Source of the DNA: Kiritimatiellia bacterium
Lineage (GTDB): Bacteria; Verrucomicrobiota; Kiritimatiellia; RFP12; JAAYLN01
Direction of reading: 5' to 3'
DNA length: 64,000 nucleotides
NCBI GenBank assembly: GCA_017509565.1
Contig: JAFWPM010000115.1
Span: forward strand, 8,401-72,400
Position numbers and translations under genes: made by a program
Shown here: positions 55,487 through 64,000 of the stretch, piece by piece
Position numbering within the stretch: the stretch's first letter is position 1
How the letters are laid out: the number at the start of each line of letters is the position of its first letter
Notes under the pieces: model-generated
Databases searched by the model: none
The model's input: only the letters and a program-made list of their open reading frames with translations
Told to the model about the DNA's origin: nothing

Positions 55487-58080
55487 GATATGGCATGAAT
55501 GCCGGGACCGAATTCGCGGGGCGGGAGGCCGGGGGCGATCACGGTTGCTGATGTGCCGCGCGGGATTGTGAAGCGCCATGTCCAGGTTGCGCCGCCATCG
55601 CCATAGCGCCAGGCGCTTTCGATTTCGCCACATGGCGAGCGGTGGCGCGCCGTTACGTGGCCGACGCGCCGGTCCGGCAGCGGCGCAAGGATGAAGTGGC
55701 GGAATCCCGGGTTCCCCGGATCCTCGCGTATCCCAGCCATGTGCGACATCATCCACGCGAAGACCGCGCCGTATGCGTAGTGGTTCAGCGAATTGCCGCC
55801 CGCCCCGGGATGGAGTCCGCGTTCGCGGCTGTAGGCGTCCCAGCGCTCCCAGACCGTGGTCGCGCCCTGCACGACTGGGGACAGCCAGGACGGGCATTCG
55901 CGCTGCAACAGCAGCGAGTAGGCGAGGTCGGGCGCGGCGGCTTCATCTGAGAGGACGTCAAGAATCATCGATGTGCCAAGAAAGCCGGTCTGGAGTCGGC
56001 ATCCGTGGGCGCGGATGTTTTCAAGCAGGGCGTCGCGCGTGGCGTGGGCCGGAGCCGGGTCGAGAAGGCGGAGGCGGAGCGCGAAGAGCGCCGGAGTCTG
56101 CATGCCGCGGAATGGACGGAGGAGGAGACCGTCTGCGGGATCCACGAAGTTTTCGCGGATGTACGCGAGCGCGCGGGTGGCCATGTCGGAGTATTTGCGG
56201 GGCGCAGTGGCCCCGCGCCACGAGACTGGGGGCGCGGGGGCCACGCATGGAGATGCTTGGGGCGCAGAGGCCCGTGCCATCTCCGCCATCATGCGCGCGT
56301 CCATGAGCCAGTGGCAACACCCGAGATAGCGCCACAGGAGCAGGGCGTCCGGTTTAACCGGCGGGACGTTTTTCACCCCGCCGACATAGGCGCGTCCGCT
56401 GCATGTCTCCAGCGCTTCGAACGAAAGCCAGTCGGCCCACTGGTGTTCCAGGGCCTGCGGCGAGGCGAACTTCATGTTGTCCACAAGCGCGACATACCGC
56501 TCCATGGCGTCCCAGTTCTCCTCGACAATGCGACGGTCGCCGAAGTGGCGCCATACGGTGTATGGGACGATTACGCCGGCGTCGGCCCATCCGAACTGGT
56601 GCTCGTTCGCGCCGACGCGGCCCGGCGGCGCGACGCCCGGGAATCCGCCGTCGGGGTTCTGGCTGTCGCGCATGTCGCGCATCCACTTGCGCAGGAAGTC
56701 CCGGACATCGGCGTTGTAGCAGGCGGCCTTGGCGAACACCTGCGTGTCGGCCGTCCAGCCAAGGCGCTCCGCGCGCTGGGGGCAGTCAGTCGGGATCGAG
56801 AGGTAGTTCGAGCGCTGGCTCCATAGGATGTTCGAGACAAGGCGGTTCAGCTCCGGGACGCCGGTTTCGAGATGCGCGGTCTCGGCGTCGGCGTGGATGG
56901 ACGACACGGGGATCCAGCGGACACGGCGTATTTCCACCGGGCCGTCGGCGGCGACGGAGAGGTAGCGGCCCCCGAAGTACGTGAACGACGGGCGGTGGCG
57001 CTCCTCTCCGGCGCCGGCGAAGGTGTAGCGCAGCAGCGAGCGGGCGCCGAGGTAGTTGGAGGTGTAGGCGGAGCCTTCCGGGCCGTCGCAGCCGCGCGAC
57101 TTCGCGCCGTTGCCGTCGTTGAGCAGTTCGGCGGGCCGCGCGGAGAGGGTGGTGCCACGCTGCGCCGAGAAGACGAACTCCGGCACCGCCGCGCAGTTCT
57201 GCCCGAAGTCGAGGACGAGCGTTTCGCCGGGGATTATTGCAATCGGCTGCAATCGGCTGCAATCGAACACAGTCGTTTTTACTACCGTGCCGAAGTGGCC
57301 GGCGTCGGCGCCCGTGACGCCGCGCCAGGCGTAGGCCGCGACGGGGGCCATCGCGAGGTCGTGGCGCAGCGCGACGCAGGGCCCCTCCATCGGGACGATG
57401 GCGCCGGAGAACTCGGTGTTTTCGACGGCTGGCGAAAATGATTTTCCAACGCGGAGACGCAGAGACGCGGAGTCCGCAAGAACCTTGTGCCTCTTTGTGT
57501 TCTTTGTGGCCAAAGATTCCCTCCATGACGGGGCAAGCCGCGCGTCGTAGTCCTCGCCGTCGTAGATGCCGGCGCGCAGCACGGGGCCGGCGGCGCCGGA
57601 GGCGAGCCAGGTGGCGTCGGTGCCGACGCGCGTCTCGGTGCCGTCGGGGTGGCGCAGTACGAGGACGGCGCGGAATGCCGAGCGCTTGCCGCGGAAGAGG
57701 ACGACGCGGTCGCGCCACCACCCTGAGGAGACGTATGCGCCGAAGCGGTTTTCCTCGCCTGCGCCGGTGCGGATGAGGCGCGTGATGTCGTAGCGGAAGG
57801 CGTGGCGGGTCTTGGCGAAGTGCGTGTAGCCGGGCTTGAGGAAGTCGTCCGCGCCGACTTCGGCGCCGTTCGCGAAGGCGCGGAAGACGCCGAGGCCGGT
57901 CATGTTCCAAAAGGCCCCGGCGACGGGCTTCCCGTTGCGCACCGTCTTTTCGAACCAGGCGGTGCCGTCCTCGGGCTCGCGCTTGCCGGCGTAGGGGTCT
58001 TCGTCAGGACTGCGCACGGGCGAATCCGCCGCGCTTATCCAGATGGAGCCGTCGAAGTCGGAGTGGCGTGGGCTTTTCAT
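55462..58080 (-). CDS. alpha-L-rhamnosidase (GH78) with an in-frame RPE-like insertion and repeat-derived C-terminus
   Basis: IPTDCPQRAERLGWTADTQVFAKAA is the GH78 signature, and the protein is 872 aa. The insert LATKNTKRHKVLADSASLRLRVGKSFSP is encoded by E3. The last six codons plus stop (KGQTSY) come from repeat R5. The ATG overlaps the upstream TGA (ATGA). Confidence 0.85.
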   Translation of the reverse strand: MKSPRHSDFDGSIWISAADSPVRSPDEDPYAGKREPEDGTAWFEKTVRNGKPVAGAFWNMTGLGVFRAFANGAEVGADDFLKPGYTHFAKTRHAFRYDITRLIRTGAGEENRFGAYVSSGWWRDRVVLFRGKRSAFRAVLVLRHPDGTETRVGTDATWLASGAAGPVLRAGIYDGEDYDARLAPSWRESLATKNTKRHKVLADSASLRLRVGKSFSPAVENTEFSGAIVPMEGPCVALRHDLAMAPVAAYAWRGVTGADAGHFGTVVKTTVFDCSRLQPIAIIPGETLVLDFGQNCAAVPEFVFSAQRGTTLSARPAELLNDGNGAKSRGCDGPEGSAYTSNYLGARSLLRYTFAGAGEERHRPSFTYFGGRYLSVAADGPVEIRRVRWIPVSSIHADAETAHLETGVPELNRLVSNILWSQRSNYLSIPTDCPQRAERLGWTADTQVFAKAACYNADVRDFLRKWMRDMRDSQNPDGGFPGVAPPGRVGANEHQFGWADAGVIVPYTVWRHFGDRRIVEENWDAMERYVALVDNMKFASPQALEHQWADWLSFEALETCSGRAYVGGVKNVPPVKPDALLLWRYLGCCHWLMDARMMAEMARASAPQASPCVAPAPPVSWRGATAPRKYSDMATRALAYIRENFVDPADGLLLRPFRGMQTPALFALRLRLLDPAPAHATRDALLENIRAHGCRLQTGFLGTSMILDVLSDEAAAPDLAYSLLLQRECPSWLSPVVQGATTVWERWDAYSRERGLHPGAGGNSLNHYAYGAVFAWMMSHMAGIREDPGNPGFRHFILAPLPDRRVGHVTARHRSPCGEIESAWRYGDGGATWTWRFTIPRGTSATVIAPGLPPREFGPGIHAISTKGQTSY
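57431..57511. repeat. palindromic RPE-like element, copy E3, in-frame inside the GH78 gene (81 nt, 27 codons)
   Basis: CCAACGCGGAGACGCAGAGACGCGGAGTCCGCAAGAACCTTGTGCCTCTTTGTGTTCTTTGTGGCC. The right arm is identical to E2 (CTTTGTGTTCTTTGTGGC). Confidence 0.7.
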
Positions 58081-60659
58081 TTGAGGATGGCAAGGTCCTT
58101 CACAAAGAGCGAGCAGCGCGTCCCGCGCGGGTTCGCGCCGATGCGGATCGCCCTGACGGCAGCGGTGTCAAGTCCGGGCGGGAGGAAGACGCGGCGCCGC
58201 TCCCACGCCCCGGTCGGGGCGTCGTATGGGATGAAGACATCGGGGCGGCCGTCGCCATAAACGAGCATCACGTACTGCGACTTGAAGTCGTTCTCCACCT
58301 TGTCCTGCTCGCTGCGGATGTCGAACTCGATGCGCCGTGCGCCGGCCAGGCTTTCGCCGGGCGCGAGATCGCGGACAGGGTACATCCAGCGGTCGGATGC
58401 GGCGCTCTCCCAGGACGCGTCGAAGCGGATGGCGTCGCCGGAGACGGAGATTCCCTGCGCGTCGCCGGAGGAGTTGCGGCGCCAGAGCGCCGGGTCGCCC
58501 CACGGCAGCCCCACCCGCTCGCATGTGGCGACGAAGTCCTTCTCGAAGAGGAGGTTCATCGCGAGGCGGGAGACCGGGCGGCCGCCGAAGGCGCCGGAGA
58601 GGACGAGGGCGGAATCCGGCGGCGTTTCCGCCGCCGCGCCGGACTCCCGGCTGACTTCGCAGTCGAAGACCGCGGGGCCCTCGGTGTATGGCGGCACCGC
58701 GAAAGGCGCGGCGGGGAGGCCGGAGACGGCCGCGCCGGAGGCTTCGACGACGCCCGTCTTCACGGAGTCGGAGAAGTTCCAGACCTCGATTGCGGCGCGG
58801 CCGGCGTCGCCCTTCACAACGGCGATGGTCTTGCGGCCTGAAATCTCGAAGTCCTCGCGGCTTGGCCGGATGCGCAGGACGATGGAGAGATCCTGAACGG
58901 ACGGCGCCGCCTCGGCAAAACCGGCATTGGAACGGGGGACGATTGCCGGCTCAAGCCCGCCGAGGCCCGAGAGGAAGGAGGGGAAGCGCGTGGCCGGGAG
59001 GGCGAGCGCGCCGTTGGCGTCAGGCGCCACCGTTGAGACGCCGCCGCACATGTCCACGAGGCGGAACGTTTCCTCACGCGGAGTCGCAGAGGCGCAGGGA
59101 TTTTTTGCCTCGCCCTGTGCCTCTGTGCCTCTGTGTGACATTCCTGGAACGGCAAACCGCCACTCACGCGCGTAGTCGGGTTCGGCGGGGACGACGCCGT
59201 CGCGGGCCGTGTCCACGGGCGATTCGCTCCAGAAGGCGACGGTCTGCGAGCCGTCGGGCTGCGCGTAGAGGAACGCGCGGATGCCGGTCGGCGCGTCGAG
59301 CGCGCCGAGAAGGCGCGCGGAGCCGAGCTCGCGGTTCATCGTGGCGAGCGCGGAGAATACCGGCTTCACGGTGCCGTCGCGGCGGATGACGCCCCAGTCC
59401 TTGCGGCCGCCGCGCTCGTCGTAGGCGCCGAAGACGAAGAAGAAGGACCGCTCCACGCCCTCCATCTGGAAGGATATCTGCGCCTTGGCGCAGCATTCGG
59501 CCTGGATCAGCTCCTGATCCGGCGAGTGGGCCTTGCGCCCCTCCATGACGCCGTCCTTTTCCGGCAGGCCCTCAAGCTCCGTGCCGAATTCCGTGACCCA
59601 GACGGGCTTGTTGGCCGCGCCGGCGGCGGCGAGCTTTTCGCGCACCAGGCGGAACGTCCCGGCATGCTTCGAGACGGGGACGTAGGTGTGGTAGTTGAAG
59701 ACGTCAAAGTAGTCGGCCGCGCCGTTCGCGAGGAGGGCGTCATGGTATGGCGAACTCTGCGGCGGCAGGCTCAGCGCGCCGTTCAGCACGGTGACGCCGG
59801 GATTGCCGGCCCTGAAGCCAAGCGCGGCGACCTTAAACGCGGCGGCATAGTCCCAGACCGGCTCCGGCGCGAAGGCGAGATCCGGCTCGTTCCAGAACTC
59901 CCAGTCGTCCATGCAGTCGCCAAAAGCCGCGGCGGCGCTCCGGCAGAATTCGTAGAGGGCGGGGATGTCGGTGGGGAGGCGTCCGGCAGGGAGCGCCCAG
60001 GCGGGGGAGTCGTGGAACATCCCGGAGACGCCGATGCCGAGGGCTCGGAGCATTTGCGCGTTGGCGAGGTAGCGGCCGAAGTCGGGCGGCGCGTCGCCGG
60101 AGGGCTGGACATGGCGCCAATGGAGGCGGTCGCGCACATGGCGGAAGCCGGCCAGGCTCAGCAGGCCGGCGACGGTGCGCTCCGTGTCGCCGCCGTTCCA
60201 CGGGCAGAGGAAGGCGCCGCGCCGGGAGATAGAGGAAAGGGCCGTGTCGGCGGCGAAAGGCCCCCCCTCCGCCCCCCTGCCGGGGGGGACGTGCGCGCTC
60301 GCAGAGCGCGCACCTTCACTGAGGCTTGCAAGAGTGGCGAGGATTTCATTGCCGTTGTCCGCTTGCTGCTTTCCGATCATCCGCCAGTAGCCGGCGGGGA
60401 GGGGCGGGAGGGTGGCGCGGCCGTCGGCGTCAAAGGCGCCGGAGAGGCCGGTGTCGCGGCCGCGCCAGTCAACGATGCGCCATGCGGCGCCAGGCTCGCC
60501 GCCACTTGCCGAGACCGCCGCGCCCTCGGAGGCGGCGTGGCCGGGGGCGTCAAGGACGACACCAATGGGAGGGCCGGCCTCTGTGCCGGCCGCAGAGGCC
60601 GCTACGGAGCGCAGCCCTCCCGCCGCCACAAGCGCCAGGCACAATGCAAGCCGCTTCAT
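58077..60659 (-). CDS. secreted glycoside hydrolase (GH-A clan TIM barrel, GH5/GH39-like) with in-frame RPE-like insertion
   Basis: Signal peptide MKRLALCLALVAAGGLRSVAASAA. DDWEFWNEPD and KPVWVTEFG (acid/base and nucleophile-type motifs). The insert SHRGTEAQGEAKNPCASATP is encoded by E4. Confidence 0.65.
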   Translation of the reverse strand: MKRLALCLALVAAGGLRSVAASAAGTEAGPPIGVVLDAPGHAASEGAAVSASGGEPGAAWRIVDWRGRDTGLSGAFDADGRATLPPLPAGYWRMIGKQQADNGNEILATLASLSEGARSASAHVPPGRGAEGGPFAADTALSSISRRGAFLCPWNGGDTERTVAGLLSLAGFRHVRDRLHWRHVQPSGDAPPDFGRYLANAQMLRALGIGVSGMFHDSPAWALPAGRLPTDIPALYEFCRSAAAAFGDCMDDWEFWNEPDLAFAPEPVWDYAAAFKVAALGFRAGNPGVTVLNGALSLPPQSSPYHDALLANGAADYFDVFNYHTYVPVSKHAGTFRLVREKLAAAGAANKPVWVTEFGTELEGLPEKDGVMEGRKAHSPDQELIQAECCAKAQISFQMEGVERSFFFVFGAYDERGGRKDWGVIRRDGTVKPVFSALATMNRELGSARLLGALDAPTGIRAFLYAQPDGSQTVAFWSESPVDTARDGVVPAEPDYAREWRFAVPGMSHRGTEAQGEAKNPCASATPREETFRLVDMCGGVSTVAPDANGALALPATRFPSFLSGLGGLEPAIVPRSNAGFAEAAPSVQDLSIVLRIRPSREDFEISGRKTIAVVKGDAGRAAIEVWNFSDSVKTGVVEASGAAVSGLPAAPFAVPPYTEGPAVFDCEVSRESGAAAETPPDSALVLSGAFGGRPVSRLAMNLLFEKDFVATCERVGLPWGDPALWRRNSSGDAQGISVSGDAIRFDASWESAASDRWMYPVRDLAPGESLAGARRIEFDIRSEQDKVENDFKSQYVMLVYGDGRPDVFIPYDAPTGAWERRRVFLPPGLDTAAVRAIRIGANPRGTRCSLFVKDLAILK
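59079..59138. repeat. palindromic RPE-like element, copy E4, in-frame inside the hydrolase gene (60 nt, 20 codons)
   Basis: CGCGGAGTCGCAGAGGCGCAGGGATTTTTTGCCTCGCCCTGTGCCTCTGTGCCTCTGTGTGAC. The left arm is homologous to E3, and the arms are complementary. Confidence 0.65.
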
Positions 60660-60673
60660 GAAAACCGGCGCCG

Positions 60674-63256
60674 CTACCGCAACACCATCACGAAGGCGTT
60701 GATGTGGCGGAGATATACGCCGTTGCTTTCGTATTTGACCGCCCAGTCGTCCGGCCAGTCTGCGGCAAGCTGGAACTGCCCGGTGTACTTGCTCGTCGTG
60801 ATGCGGTAGAAATTATTTGCGGCGTTCTTGTCAAACGTCGAGGGGTCGGCCATCGAGAGCGTGATGCCGGAGATGTCCTGGTTGTCGGAGTATGGGCCGG
60901 AGGTACCGCTGAAGGCCACCTTGCCGCAGCCCGTCGCGTCGCCGGCGATTTCAAGCGTCGCGTTGGACAGGTCGCAGGTTTCGTAGAAGGTTATCGTGCC
61001 GCCGATGCTCGGCGCGATCCTGCCGTTTACGACTACCTTGCCGCAGTAGTTGAGAGTGCCGCTGCCTTCGATTCCGCCGAGCGTCGCCGCCGTGCGGGTG
61101 TGATTGGCTTGCTTCTCGGCGTCAGTGTTGCCCGTTCCGTCGTACTTGCAGAAGCCGACTTGGCCGCCGTTCCTCAGAACGAGCGTCGTCCCGGCGGGGA
61201 GCAGGTTGTCGCCTCCGCGCTGCTGGAGGGCGGCACCATCGACAGTCGTCGGGCCGTTGTACGAGCAGGGAACCATCAGGATCGCGGCGCCGGACGAACC
61301 TGTCCTCCGCACGATCATGCCGCCGTCAGGAACGCCCTCCGTGGCTGTGACGAGCGGCTTGCGCCACCAGATGTTCTTCCCGTTGGAGTTGTCCAGCACC
61401 GCACCGCCCGGACCGACCGCGAACTTGACGCCTTCCCACTTGGCGTAAGTTGGCGACGTGAACAGTGCGTCGTTCCCGTCTGCGCTTTGGATCGCGCCGC
61501 CGTCGAAGAGGAACGTCACGTCGATGTTGTTGGAATCGTTCGCCCACAAATACAGCTGCTTGACGCGGAGAAGCCCGCCGGTCGCCAGACGGGCGACCGT
61601 AGGCCCGCCAGTCACATTCTGGCCCATGCGGAAATTGCCGACTTCCAGGACGCCGCCGTCCCGTATCGTGGTGAGACTGGCGCTACCGTGCGCGTTGCAC
61701 CAGTGGGAGTTCGGCATCGAAACGGTGCCGCCGCAGATGTCCGCGTGGCCACCGCTTTGGATGGTCGCATAGCTCGTGCCGGTCTGCGGGGCGAGAATCA
61801 GCGCGCCGTCCTGGACGGCGAGGTTGCCCGTGACGTGGATCAGGGCCGTGTCGGAACCCGTGCCGCTGACACCGGAAGTCACGCGCGTGACGCCGCTCGT
61901 CACTTCGAGATTGCCGGCGACGACCAGCCTCCCGACGTCGTTCGTGCGGTTTTCGCCAGGGCCGATGACCGTGGTTCCGGCGTAGTCGCCGGGCACTTGG
62001 ACGTATGTGTTCGTCGGATAGTCCAGTCCGCCGACCGCTTCGCCCTTGATTTCGCCGCCGATCACGAGCTTCGCATTCTCGGCCGCCGCGACGATGAAGG
62101 GCTTCCCGTTGGCAATCGAGACATTGCGGTTGGGGTTGACTGCAAGCGTCGGGGTTGTGGAATTGTATTGGGCGTAGAGAGTGTGGTTGGCACCTGTCAC
62201 GAAGATGTTTGCCTCCGGCGTCTCCGGGACGGCCCCGAAGACCGAGTCGCCGTATGCCGGGTTGACCTTGAGCATTGCACCGCTGCTGGACTCAAGCCAT
62301 ACGCCGCCGTTGAACGCAGAACCTTGTGCATACCACTGCGGCGAGCCTTTGCCGAGGAAATGGACGCCGCCGTCCTTTTCGCCAGCACCGGCGCCGCTCC
62401 AGAAGGCGGGCTGGACAATCGTGTTCGCAACGTCGGTGCTGATGTAGCATCCCCCGGCACAAACAGTGGGGGAGACCGTGTTTTCGCCCCATGTCGTAGT
62501 CAGGCCATTGCCGAAAAGGTTTCCACCGGCGTTGGATGCGTAAAGGATGCCTCCGTCAAACCAAATCCGTCCGTAATAAGCGGAGTTGGCATCCAGGAAG
62601 AACTGCTTTGCCAAATGGACGGCGCCACCCCTGTTCAGGCGGAGGCCCGTCGTTTCCTTTACGGCCTGGATGCCCCGCGTACCGCTCGACGCCGGACGGA
62701 TGTAGTTCGCCTTGAGGATGCCGCCCTCGCCAACCACGACCTCGCTGCCGCCGGAGCCGACGCCGCCGTGTGCGATCATGAAGTTGGCGCCAAGGCCGGT
62801 GGCGTCGAAAGTCGCGTTCGTGATAGTGAATGTTCCTCCGCGGAAATTCGCATAGCTACCGCCGCCGAACGAGACTTGCGCCCCGCCGTCGATGAGGATG
62901 GACTGCGCGCCTGTCTCGCTCTCCATGACGCACGAGCCGACGCCAGTGCCCGTCGCGGTCGAGTCGGAGATCGTGGTGGAGCCGCCGGAGATGTGGAGCG
63001 AACCGGCGGAGACGCGCAGACGCTTGAGCGAATTGGCGCCATTCAGTTCGAGCGTGCCGTCGCCGGTCTTGACGGTGGCGGAGGTCTCCGTGACGCCGGT
63101 GTGCGTGTCGGTGGCGCCGGCGGCGACGTCGTGCGTGTCCGCGAGCGCCGCCGGTGCGGCGGCGAGCATTATCGCGGTCGTGGCGATCAAGTAGCGTGAA
63201 GTCTTCATTGCGGTTCCTCGTTTTGGGTGCTTGACAATGAGTGTGGCCGACGGCAT
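60674..63256 (-). CDS. secreted PATR beta-helix protein (860 aa) with C-terminal hydrophobic-Arg tail ...INAFVMVLR
   Basis: Signal peptide MKTSRYLIATTAIMLAAAPAALA. G/T/S/N-rich beta-strand repeats (GGTITFYETCDLSNATLEIAG etc.). Confidence 0.7.
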   Translation of the reverse strand: MPSATLIVKHPKRGTAMKTSRYLIATTAIMLAAAPAALADTHDVAAGATDTHTGVTETSATVKTGDGTLELNGANSLKRLRVSAGSLHISGGSTTISDSTATGTGVGSCVMESETGAQSILIDGGAQVSFGGGSYANFRGGTFTITNATFDATGLGANFMIAHGGVGSGGSEVVVGEGGILKANYIRPASSGTRGIQAVKETTGLRLNRGGAVHLAKQFFLDANSAYYGRIWFDGGILYASNAGGNLFGNGLTTTWGENTVSPTVCAGGCYISTDVANTIVQPAFWSGAGAGEKDGGVHFLGKGSPQWYAQGSAFNGGVWLESSSGAMLKVNPAYGDSVFGAVPETPEANIFVTGANHTLYAQYNSTTPTLAVNPNRNVSIANGKPFIVAAAENAKLVIGGEIKGEAVGGLDYPTNTYVQVPGDYAGTTVIGPGENRTNDVGRLVVAGNLEVTSGVTRVTSGVSGTGSDTALIHVTGNLAVQDGALILAPQTGTSYATIQSGGHADICGGTVSMPNSHWCNAHGSASLTTIRDGGVLEVGNFRMGQNVTGGPTVARLATGGLLRVKQLYLWANDSNNIDVTFLFDGGAIQSADGNDALFTSPTYAKWEGVKFAVGPGGAVLDNSNGKNIWWRKPLVTATEGVPDGGMIVRRTGSSGAAILMVPCSYNGPTTVDGAALQQRGGDNLLPAGTTLVLRNGGQVGFCKYDGTGNTDAEKQANHTRTAATLGGIEGSGTLNYCGKVVVNGRIAPSIGGTITFYETCDLSNATLEIAGDATGCGKVAFSGTSGPYSDNQDISGITLSMADPSTFDKNAANNFYRITTSKYTGQFQLAADWPDDWAVKYESNGVYLRHINAFVMVLR

Positions 63257-63348
63257 CGTGGATGCGCGTTACGGATGCCATTATTCTACAAAAAAGCGAG
63301 CGCCAAATGCGAACTTTTTATGAAAGTTTTTTGAAGCCCGCCTTCGAG

Positions 63349-64000
63349 CTACAGGAGATTGGCCTTGCGCCAGTCGCGCAACGAAAGCCCCGTCCTCTCC
63401 TTGAAGAGCTTCTGCAGGGCCCGGTCGGAGCGGAAGCCGCAGAAGGCGGCAACCGCGCCGATGGGGAAGTCGCGGCGGGAGAGCAGCGAGCGGGCTGTCT
63501 CCATCCTGACGTTGATGATTTCGTCGAGGACGGAGCGTCCCATTGCCTCGCGGAAGCGGCGTTCGAAGAGGTTTCGCGAACAGTCGAAGCGCGCGGCCAG
63601 TTCGCGCGCGGTGAGGCCGGAGGCGGCCTCGCGCCGGATCATGGAGACTGCGTCGATGACGCGCTGGTCGCGGCGGCCGGAGCCGCGCGTGGATTCCCGG
63701 CGCTGGACAAGCAGCGGGCCGAAGAGTTCGGTGCGTGCGGCGCATGGTGGGGGAAGGCCGGCGGCGCGCGCGGAAATCTGCTCGGCCAGCATCCTTGCGG
63801 CGATGAAGCCGGTGCGCTCGAAGTCGAGCTTGACGGATGAAATCCAGGAGTCGGAACCGTCGAACAGCCGGTCGAAGCCGTCCACGCCGATCAGGGTCGC
63901 CGAGCGCGGGATGTTCCGGCCGCAGGCGTGGAGGGCCGATGCTGTCAGCCATGCGGTATAGTCGTTGACGGCGAAAATGGCGCAGTGGGGCGGCAGGGTG
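63349..64000 (-). CDS. XylR-type regulator, C-terminal part (AraC HTH); the N-terminus lies beyond the window end
   Basis: LTARELAARFDCSRNLFERRFREAMGRSVLDEIINVRMETARSLL...FCGFRSDRALQKLFKERTGLSLRDWRK. It is paralogous to the C-termini of the 19808 and 34795 genes. The upstream part resembles the PBP-like domain. Confidence 0.7.
   Translation of the reverse strand, partial: TLPPHCAIFAVNDYTAWLTASALHACGRNIPRSATLIGVDGFDRLFDGSDSWISSVKLDFERTGFIAARMLAEQISARAAGLPPPCAARTELFGPLLVQRRESTRGSGRRDQRVIDAVSMIRREAASGLTARELAARFDCSRNLFERRFREAMGRSVLDEIINVRMETARSLLSRRDFPIGAVAAFCGFRSDRALQKLFKERTGLSLRDWRKANLL

Noticed and set aside
1-64000. tRNA/rRNA genes
   Set aside because: No T-arm-like GGTTCGAATCC or cloverleaf candidates, and no rRNA-like conserved stretches, were found in the intergenic regions.

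Overview
Throughout this answer all protein-family calls are by motif recognition in the supplied translations only; no database search was run. The window is 64 kb of visibly GC-rich DNA (roughly two-thirds G+C by eye, with Arg/Pro-rich shadow ORFs in the other frames). The gene content looks like an anaerobic glycan-degrading bacterium, plausibly of the Planctomycetes-Verrucomicrobia-Chlamydiae superphylum (Lentisphaerae or Kiritimatiellae are candidates; this is a guess from content only). Nearly all of 1-38.7 kb is one minus-strand run: Ser/Thr kinase, fabZ, fabF, then a glycosyltransferase, deacetylase and FkbH-like surface-glycan cluster (with a frameshifted GT25 gene), a DUF218 protein, dGTPase, a GH42-like beta-galactosidase, a sialidase-like BNR protein, GH28 and a GH5-like enzyme with a CBM9 domain. 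The run also holds three large secreted beta-helix proteins (autotransporter-associated beta-strand repeat type, called PATR below), three XylR-type (sugar-binding domain plus AraC HTH) regulators, a glycyl-radical enzyme with its activase inside a hydrolase operon, an SDR, and two imported-looking ATPase genes. 36.2-38.9 kb is an AT-rich island with an ISL3 transposase fragment and three unknown genes flanked by repeat arrays. 39-55 kb is mixed-strand housekeeping (rbfA, nadA, miaB, argG, ribH, nusB, purD, an RluA-family synthase) plus FHA and PEGA signalling proteins, and a purD-yhcH-nahK operon linked to host-glycan use. 55-64 kb returns to the minus strand with GH78 rhamnosidase, another hydrolase, a PATR protein and a partial XylR-type regulator. 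The most unusual signals are a family of palindromic, RPE-like elements inserted in-frame in three coding genes, a dispersed 30-bp repeat that supplies the last six codons and stop of two truncated ORFs, a conserved C-terminal tail (K-x-A-T-x-V-I-M-R) on the PATR proteins, a compact glycyl-radical enzyme in a sugar operon, and promoter geometry suggesting leaderless mRNAs. No rRNA, tRNA or CRISPR array was seen.
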